This document shows positions 55,742 through 64,000 of a stretch of 64,000 nucleotides of DNA, piece by piece. The notes under the pieces were generated by a model. The model did not search any database. It had not been told where the DNA came from and saw only the letters and a program-made list of their open reading frames with translations. Origin of the DNA: Octopus vulgaris (Eukaryota); the NCBI GenBank assembly GCA_951406725.2, contig OX597825.1, forward strand, positions 84,382,001 through 84,446,000, written 5' to 3'. The stretch's first letter is position 1. The number at the start of each line of letters is the position of its first letter. The translations under genes were made by a program, and so were the position numbers.

Positions 55742-55945
55742 CGATCGATCGATCTATCTATCTACCTACCTATCTAACTGTCTCTTTGTCTGTCTGTCTG
55801 TGTCTGGCTGGCTGGCTAGCTGCCAATCTATTTGTCTGTCAGCCTATTTATCTATCTGTCTGTCATCCTATCTATCTGTCTCTCTCTCTCTATATATATA
55901 TGTATGTATATATATACATATCTGTCTATCTCTCTCTCTCTATAT

Positions 55946-55993
<48 letters not shown>

Positions 55994-55995
<2 letters not shown>

Positions 55996-56235
55996 CGGGA
56001 AGCTTTATGAAAATAGACAAACGACGAAGGCAGGTGGAAAACAAACAAACAATTGTATTAGTATGGCGCTCAGGAAATATAAATAAAACAAGTCTTTAAC
56101 GTTTCGAGCCTACGCTCTTCAACAGAAAGATACACAGAGAGAAAAAACACAGAAAGAAGGAGAGAAAAAAATGCGTGCAGTAACTAACGAATCAACATGG
56201 CGATCTGATTTCGGCCAGAGGTCAAAGATCAAACA
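55994..56235 (-). mobile_element. Short Penelope-derived repeat with a minimal hammerhead variant (56093-56130)
   Basis: Minus strand tcttt CTGTTGAA GAGC gtag GCTC GAAAC GTT aaaga; (TA)n on both flanks. Confidence 0.7.
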
Positions 56236-57182
56236 ATATATATATATATATATATATATCAAAATAAAAACATGATATGTTTTTATTTTGATCAATTTAC
56301 TCCACCACCTACACCACCAAACGATATACACAGGTGCTTATAATTATCAAGTACTCACCCCGAATTTCTATATATATATATACATATACATTTATCTATC
56401 TATCTAGCTAGCCAGCTATTTATCTGTATATATCTATCTATCACTAAATGTCTGTCTGTCAATCCATTTATCTATCTAGTTGCCTGTCTGTCTGTCTATC
56501 TATTTATCTGTCTATCTGCCTATCTGTCTGTGTGTCTGTCTTCCTCTCTCTCTGACTGTCTGTGTGTGTCTGCCTGTCTATTTGTCTGTCTCTCTATCGG
56601 TCCGACCGTCCATCCTACCGTCCGCTCATATTTCCGTCTGCCTGTCTGTCTATCTATCCATCTATCAACCCATCCACCAGTCCTTCCTCCTTTCCACCAT
56701 TGTACTTACCCGCCTCTTCTATTCCTGAATTTCATCAACGGAAAAATTCGCCATTATAGACCACACAAGCCATTTCCCCAGTTATGATATGTGAAAAGTT
56801 TCAATTTCACAGAGCAACTAAATCAAAAAGGAAATTGAACGGAAATTATAATGGAACAGTAAAGAGAAATTTCATATTTCTAACAGGTAGATATCGTCTG
56901 TTCCCGGAATGTGTGAAAATCGACGGATTCCATTAAATAACATTACTTGCCTTTCTTCTTCCTCACTCTTTCTTTAATTAATTTCTTCCTCGGTTTATTT
57001 CTTTGTGTTTCATTCAGTGATTTAGTTTTTGTAATTTTCTTTCAGTTTTGACGGGTTTAAATTAATTGGTAGATATGACTACAGAACAGAGATGCATATA
57101 TCGACATAGACATATATACGAACGTACGTGAATATGTAAAAACATAAATACATACATACATATGTACATATGTTTATATGTA

Positions 57183-57246
<64 letters not shown>

Positions 57247-57318
57247 AAGAAAGAGAAAGAGAGATGTATATTATATGTATATGTATGTATATATATATAT
57301 ATACATATATATATATGC

Positions 57319-57379
<61 letters not shown>

Positions 57380-57996
57380 GCATACTTACGTATACACATA
57401 CATACACACACTCACAAAAATCGATATCACGGAGTGTGAATGATACTTTTAAAGAAATTGAAGATGTTTAGCGAACGGAAAATTGGAAATTGTCACATTC
57501 AAGAATTTCCCAATGGAACTAACGACGTTAGAGAAACGAATTTATTCCATCTGGGAATCAAAAACTGGAAAAATATTTTGGTTAAATTAAGATAATCTCC
57601 ACTGAGCTGAAGAATGCAAAGCATATCGCGCAGTTAACTACGCATTGGGCAATTGCTAGAATCTATAAATGTCAATTCTTCGCCAACCAATTATTTGTCA
57701 ATGCAATTATTGTCCAGTTTGGAATTATACACCTAAGGCTATATATCACGAGTTGCACAGTGACTAGTGATGTCTAACTACATTCATAACCCATTCATAC
57801 GAATGTATTTACGACATGTGGTGGTAGTGGACCATGGAGCGTTTCTTACGTTAGACCCTAATTGAGCTTGATGTAAAGCAGAATTGGTATGGCATTCGAA
57901 CATACGTATATACATATTTCGATGCTTAGTTTCATTTAATTAGGTTTTGAATTAATATACTGCCTGGCTGGATCAATATTATTGTTGCAGTAAGAC

Positions 57997-58600
57997 GGCG
58001 AGTTGGCAGAAACGTTAACACGCCGGGCGAAATGCTCGGCGGTATTTCGTCTGTCGCTACGTTCTGAGTTCAAATTCCGCCGAGGTCGACTTTGTCATTC
58101 ATCCTTTCGGGGTTGATAAATTAAGTACCAGTTGCGTACTGGGGTCGATCTAATCTACTGGTCCCTCCCCCAAAATTTCGGTCCTTTTGCCTACAGTAGA
58201 AACGAATATTATAGTTGCAGTGCTGGGAGAATCGTTAGCACGCCGGGCAAAATGCTTTGCAGCATTTTGTCTGCATGTACTCTGAGTTCGAATTCCGCCG
58301 AGATTGGCTTTGCTTTTCCTCATTTCGGGATAGAGGATAAAATAAGTACCAGCTGAGAACTGAGGTCGACGTAATCCACTGACGACCCCCTCTACCGAAA
58401 TTGCTGGCCTTTTGCTAAAACTTATAAATCACTTTTATTGCAGTAGAGTCGTTAGAGATTTAAAATCTGCCTTTTGGTATTTATACCAGCTGGCAGCGCT
58501 CTTAGTGCGCATCTTACCATCGAGTTTGCCATTCATCCCTTCGGCGTCGAGAACATAAACTTGCTCTTCAGAAATTGGTGGATCTATATTCTAGAATGAA
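57997..58600 (+). mobile_element. Three tandem SINE family A copies of decreasing integrity (57997-58210, 58222-58430, ~58445-58600)
   Basis: tRNA-like head ggcgagttggcagaaacgttaacacgccgggc..gagttcaaattcc (B box), core cattcatcctttcggggttgataaattaagtaccag (resembles the MetaSINE-type central domain, from memory). Further copies at ~13490-13650(-), 20830-21000(+), 25895-26070(+). Confidence 0.8.
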
Positions 58601-59045
58601 TTTCTAAGTGACCGGCGAAAAGTACTCGAGGAAAATCAACACAGAATATTTTCGCAACGCCTCAAAGTTACGTAATATGCATTCGGTACATATTCTAAAA
58701 CAAGTGTAGTTCATACCTACCTATTACATTCCCCTCGTTCACAGATTATATTATCGCATAGTAGCCTACCATTTGTTGCTGTAAACTGGAATTGTATACT
58801 AGCTGTTATCATATCGGAATGTCTGCTTAATTACGATCTGGGACCAAGTGTATTAGATACACTGATTAATAAAACCCGTTGCGTCTCCTCTTGTGTTATC
58901 TATACAAGCCCTGTTTATGCTACACGCCATGCAGCTGCCTTAACAACGTCCATTTCAATTTCATTTTCTTATCATCATCATCATCATCATCATCATCACC
59001 ATCACCATCAATAAATATATATATGTATATATATAAACACATACA

Positions 59046-59082
<37 letters not shown>

Positions 59083-59190
59083 ATATATACACTGACACAT
59101 ATATACATATATATATATACATATATATACATATATATGCAGATATATACATACATACATACATGCATACATACATGCACACATACATAT

Positions 59191-59256
<66 letters not shown>

Positions 59257-59527
59257 AATTAATAAGGGTGAGAGAATTAGATACTAATTTAATAGTATAT
59301 TTATTCAACACCAAGTGGCCTAGTGCTTCGAGAAACCTGGATTATTATAATATTTTATAACATATTATAATATTTTTACAAAATAAATATAAGAGAGTGG
59401 TCACTATATTGCTCACTCTAGCACCAGTTAATCCAAAAGGTTTCAACCACGAAAATACATGCTTACCATGAAAGTCAGTACGATTGTTAGCTCACACGGA
59501 CAGGGCAAATAAAAAATAACAAAAATA

Positions 59528-59624
59528 CAGATTATTTTGGGACAATTGTTTCGCTATTAATGAATTAAATGTAATTTTACTTACAAAAAAAATCCATTTG
59601 TAGCTCGTCAGCCAAGACTATCTG
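59528..59624 (-). ncRNA. Canonical type I hammerhead ribozyme within a ~430-bp insert (59275-59705) in (TA)n
   Basis: Minus strand cagatagtcttgg CTGACGA GCTA caa ATGGATT..AATTCAT taa TAGC GAAAC AATT GTC ccaaaataatctg: perfect core, GUC triplet, extended stems I and II, palindromic stem III. Confidence 0.88.
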
Positions 59625-59991
59625 GATGAAATCCACTCAATCACACGCCAGATTTTACCATAACGATAAATACGCGTGTGGTTCAATTGATTAACATCCG
59701 ACGTTATAATATATATATATATATATATATGATATAAATCTTAAACATAACTCTTTCATATTCATTTAAATATTGTTTAAAACGAAATACACAAACAACA
59801 TCAGATGAAATATGAAAAAAAGCCATGCCTGATGTTTACGTAAGAAACTGCCAGAGAAGTTGCTTGTTCCAGAAGACCTCAACGAGAAAATGTAAGACAG
59901 AAACAAATCTAATTTTATTATTCAGTAATGGAGCCTAAGAGTATGTGACAACACTGCATATCTGCAGACATGTATAAAGTGTCAGTATCAA

Positions 59992-59993
59992 TG

Positions 59994-60068
<75 letters not shown>

Positions 60069-60081
60069 GTCTGTCTGTCTC

Positions 60082-60176
<95 letters not shown>

Positions 60177-60189
60177 GTCTGTCTGTCTC

Positions 60190-60248
<59 letters not shown>

Positions 60249-60265
60249 GTCTGTCTGTCTCTCTG

Positions 60266-60340
<75 letters not shown>

Positions 60341-60385
60341 GTCTCTCTATCTGTCTGTCTATCTATCTATCTATCTATCTATCTG

Positions 60386-60480
<95 letters not shown>

Positions 60481-60493
60481 GTCTGTCTGTCTC

Positions 60494-60572
<79 letters not shown>

Positions 60573-60629
60573 GTCTCTCTATCTGTCTGTCTATCTATCT
60601 ATCTATCTATCTATCTGTCTGTCTGTCTC

Positions 60630-60704
<75 letters not shown>

Positions 60705-60720
60705 GTCTGTCTGTCTCTCT
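59992..60720. repeat. ~730-bp (TATC)n array punctuated by (TGTC)n-TCTC interruptions
   Basis: Direct reading; abuts LINE copy 2. Confidence 0.95.
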
Positions 60721-62661
60721 ACCACCATCACCACCACCACCACCAACAACAACAACAAATCTAACGCCGCATTCACCATCGCCGCGACCAAAGACATTAA
60801 CTTAGATTTCCCCTCACTCCCCACACCACTTGTTGATGATAAAGGGACAGAGAAAGGGATTTCAAAAATGAATACAAACGAAAACATGAATGCCAGCACC
60901 ACCACCATCACCACCAACAACAACAACAACGAAATTGGCACAAAGCCGCCTACCAAAGACAACACCGCCAACACCAATACCACTACTACGACGTCAAATG
61001 CTACATCCAAGCCTTCTACTGCTAATACCGCCAACACCAACACCACTACCATGACTTCAATTAACACTGCCACAATTAACACTTCTACTGCCAAATTCAA
61101 AACGAATTTTGCGGACGTAACAAAACAAAAAAGAACAATTGTAACATTCACCACACAAGAGATAAACCGCACAAAGGCACTCTTCTCCAAAGAAGGAGAC
61201 AAATTGCACCTTCACATTCCACAACACATCGTGGAAAACACCAAAAAAAAAACAATAATTTATAAAGTAATAAACAAAAAAACAAGAAGAACAGAAAATG
61301 CACCGCGGAAAAAATCGAAAAATGCCTTCGTCCTGCATGGGACTCCAAGGAATATATCAGTTGGGGAAACAAATTTGGTACAGTCCAAGTACGTTTCCTC
61401 AACGAAAGTTTAGCAAAACGTTTTTCCACATTGGAGCTACATTCGGACGACTTGGTAATGATACCAGTCTATTTAAACAAAAGGGTCACGAAAGTCCAAA
61501 TAAAAAACATACCATTTGATGTCGAAACACAATGGTTGGTCTCTGCCATCTGCTTTGAAATGTCAGAGACAATGTCAGAGACAAACATCCTGGAAATCGC
61601 GGTTCTAGGAGAGAAAGACTATGTGGGCAAATCAATCGAATTCCTGCTTCAATTGGATGAAGCAGCAAGAGAGAAGATACCCACCTCTATAGAACTGCCA
61701 GGAGGCTACAAACTCTATATAGTGGTTGAGGGCAGGCGACCACGCTGCTATTTGTGTGGAAGCGAAACACACTTGAAAAAGACGTGCCCAACCACTGCAC
61801 ACCAAGAGCAACAACAACAACCACTACCACAACCAAAGCACTCCGGAAAAAAAGCTCTACTACCCACACCACCATCAACACAGAAGACGACAAGAGAAGC
61901 ACACCAAGCTAATCCGTCATCAACCAAAAAACCACTCAACACCTGGAAAAATACCAACACCACCAACAACAGCAAAACCAAAAGGAACAGAAAAACAAAG
62001 AAAACACACACAAACTGATCCCCCATCCCTTATACCGCACTCAACACACACAAACACTCAACAACCAACAACAACGAAAACAACAACACAACCACTTACA
62101 CAGACATACATAGAAGCCCACAACATACCCCTACCCCCTTCTGATTCCTCAGAAATTTCGTCGGAAGACGAAACCAGTGAGGAATGGCAAATAGCTACAA
62201 AAAGAAGGAAAATAAAGAGCAGAAACACAACCAAACCAAATGCAAACACGAACAAAGCAGGGGGAAATACATCTCCCGAAGACATTTCAAAACCCAACGC
62301 AAACAACAGCCACACCAACACCACCAAAACATATACAGCAAACATGCTCACAGCCATAGACACCAAAAACACAAATTTAATGGAATACATCCAATCAAAA
62401 ACAAACATAACAGAAGATGACATAAAAACAAACAATCACCCATACACAACACCACCAGACCACATCAAAATATTACACATCTCCAAAAGTCTGCACCACA
62501 CACTCAAAGGCATTTTCCCCAGTGCGGTTGGTAAATGCCAAAAATATCTCACAAAGAAACTGTACTGGGATCTACTCGAGGACAAACCAACGGAGGAGAA
62601 AGCAAAAACGGAGGAGAAAGCAGTAAGTAACCCTCTGTATTCTAATTCATTAGAACTATGA
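60721..62661 (+). CDS. LINE ORF1 (gag-like, zinc knuckle), split by frameshifts near 61308 and ~61950-62050
   Basis: ORF-track pieces 60868-61413, 61431-62018 and 62344-62661 join up; [37 protein letters not shown] (CX2CX4HX4C); the frame is open back to the microsatellite. Confidence 0.85.
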
Positions 62662-64000
62662 TCAAGATTGGTTGTGTAAATGCGCGTGGCTTGGGGTCCC
62701 CTTGGAAACAAGGGTACCTCTTAAATGACATAAAGTCACATAAGTTAGAAATCATAGCCATAAGCGAGACCAGACTCCACAATCCGCGGGCCCTAAAGAC
62801 CATGTTTGGCGGACAGTTCAACATTTATTTTTCCCCCTGTCTGCCGAGAATGGGCGGTAGTGGCACCGCGGTACTTTTTCACAAGAGTCTGGATCTCAAA
62901 GTAAGGACAATATTCGTAGACCCGGAGGGTAGACTGGTCGTCCTGGATGTCGACGGCAGCAATGGGTGCGCTTTTCGACTCGTATCAGTTTACGCACCGC
63001 CCTTAACAGGTCGGGCGGATTTCTTTCAACGTCTAGAAGTTTTCTTGGGAACGTCTCGTCCTTTACTCTTAGTGGGGGATTGGAATGCTACCTTGGACAC
63101 GCATGTAGACTACGTGGGTAGAGATAGGAATAGACGGGGATGCAAATGCCTCAGAGACCTGCTCAGACGCTTTCAACTGTCTGACAGGTTCCGACTAGAC
63201 CACCCGAATGCGCCAACGTGGACATGGAGCAACCGCATCGGGTCATCGAGATCGTATCTAGATAGGATACTGTGTAGGACAGTAGATAGAGATAGCATAG
63301 GATGTCCACAATTCCACATAGTCAGCTACACGGATCACAAACTTGTGACATGTACGCTAGACTTAGGTAAGACACTTAGGCAGGGTCCCGGATACTGGAA
63401 ACTAAACGCGTCTTTCCCATCGAGACAAGTTTTCAGAGACCGGATTAGCACACTAGTAAAGAGGGCTTTGACGGGAGCCATCATCAACAACAAATGGTGG
63501 TTTGCCCTCAAGAGAGCAGTAAAAGCAGAAGCGATTAGGTACAGCAAAGCACTAGCCATAGATAGAAATAGAGTAGAGGGTGAGCTAGTTAAGAAGCTAG
63601 AAGAGGCAATTAGAAGCGGCATCGCATCCGACGTTTTGGCGGCGAGGTTGGCCCTCGACCAACACTTCAACGCCAAACACGAAGGATGTGCTGTCAAGCT
63701 AGGATGCGTGCTCTAAGGAACGAAGGTGTTGGAGCCGCGAGAGAGGCCCGGGTGGCAGAGGCGCAACAGGGCAACAAAGCCACCATTCGGTCACTGGTAG
63801 ATGAACAGGGGCGCGAATTGCTCGAGCCAAGTAAAATGTGTGAAGCCTTTCAGCAGCATTTCGCCCGACTGTTCGGAACGAGTGGAGGGCAAGAACGTAG
63901 GGTGGACTTCAGTGCCTACCTACATAGCCTACCACGACTCTCGACAAGAAAGGCAGGGTGCTGCGAAGGTGCCATCACGGCGGCGGAAGTGCGGGAAGCG
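62658..64000 (+). CDS. LINE ORF2 N-terminus: apurinic-like endonuclease and linker; 1-bp frameshift at ~63696
   Basis: NARGL, IAISETR, VYAP, GDWNA, TWTWS, SYLDRI, TDHK, WKLN motifs. After the shift it reads ARMRALRNEG..FARLF..LPRLS..EGAITAAEVREA. Copy 1 has gtcaaagc where this copy has gtcaagc. Confidence 0.93.

Larger units (their letters stand above)
60721..64000 (+). mobile_element. L1/Tx1-type non-LTR retrotransposon, near-intact, runs off the window end
   Basis: Gag-like ORF1 with a CCHC knuckle followed by an APE-endonuclease ORF2; same family as 835-2220. Confidence 0.95.

Overview
AT-rich, microsatellite-saturated animal genomic DNA with no intact host gene visible. The SINE families, the (TA)n/(TATC)n density and the Penelope-derived repeats resemble what I recall from octopus genomes; this is an inference, not a verified assignment. 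Almost all ORF-track entries are microsatellite translations. (1) A young Penelope-like retroelement (32654-35511) has an open 453-codon thumb/linker/GIY-YIG frame between two ~535-bp inverted repeats, each carrying a type I hammerhead ribozyme. (2) A ~500-bp non-coding fold-back derivative of the same family (48999-49498) has two head-to-head hammerheads; both copies sit in (TA)n tracts. (3) Several other, unrelated hammerhead or hammerhead-variant motifs lie in or near microsatellites, with a fully canonical one at 59528-59624. (4) Two copies of an L1/Tx1-type LINE (835-2220, decayed; 60721-64000+, near-intact) both abut (TATC)n arrays. (5) There are also a truncated mariner, a pogo/Tigger-like MITE, Helitron-like non-autonomous elements, an RTE 3' end and at least four SINE-like families. 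(6) A chain of splice-bounded + strand exon-like segments (570-8795) with scattered nonsense codons is probably a decaying multi-exon pseudogene of unknown identity.
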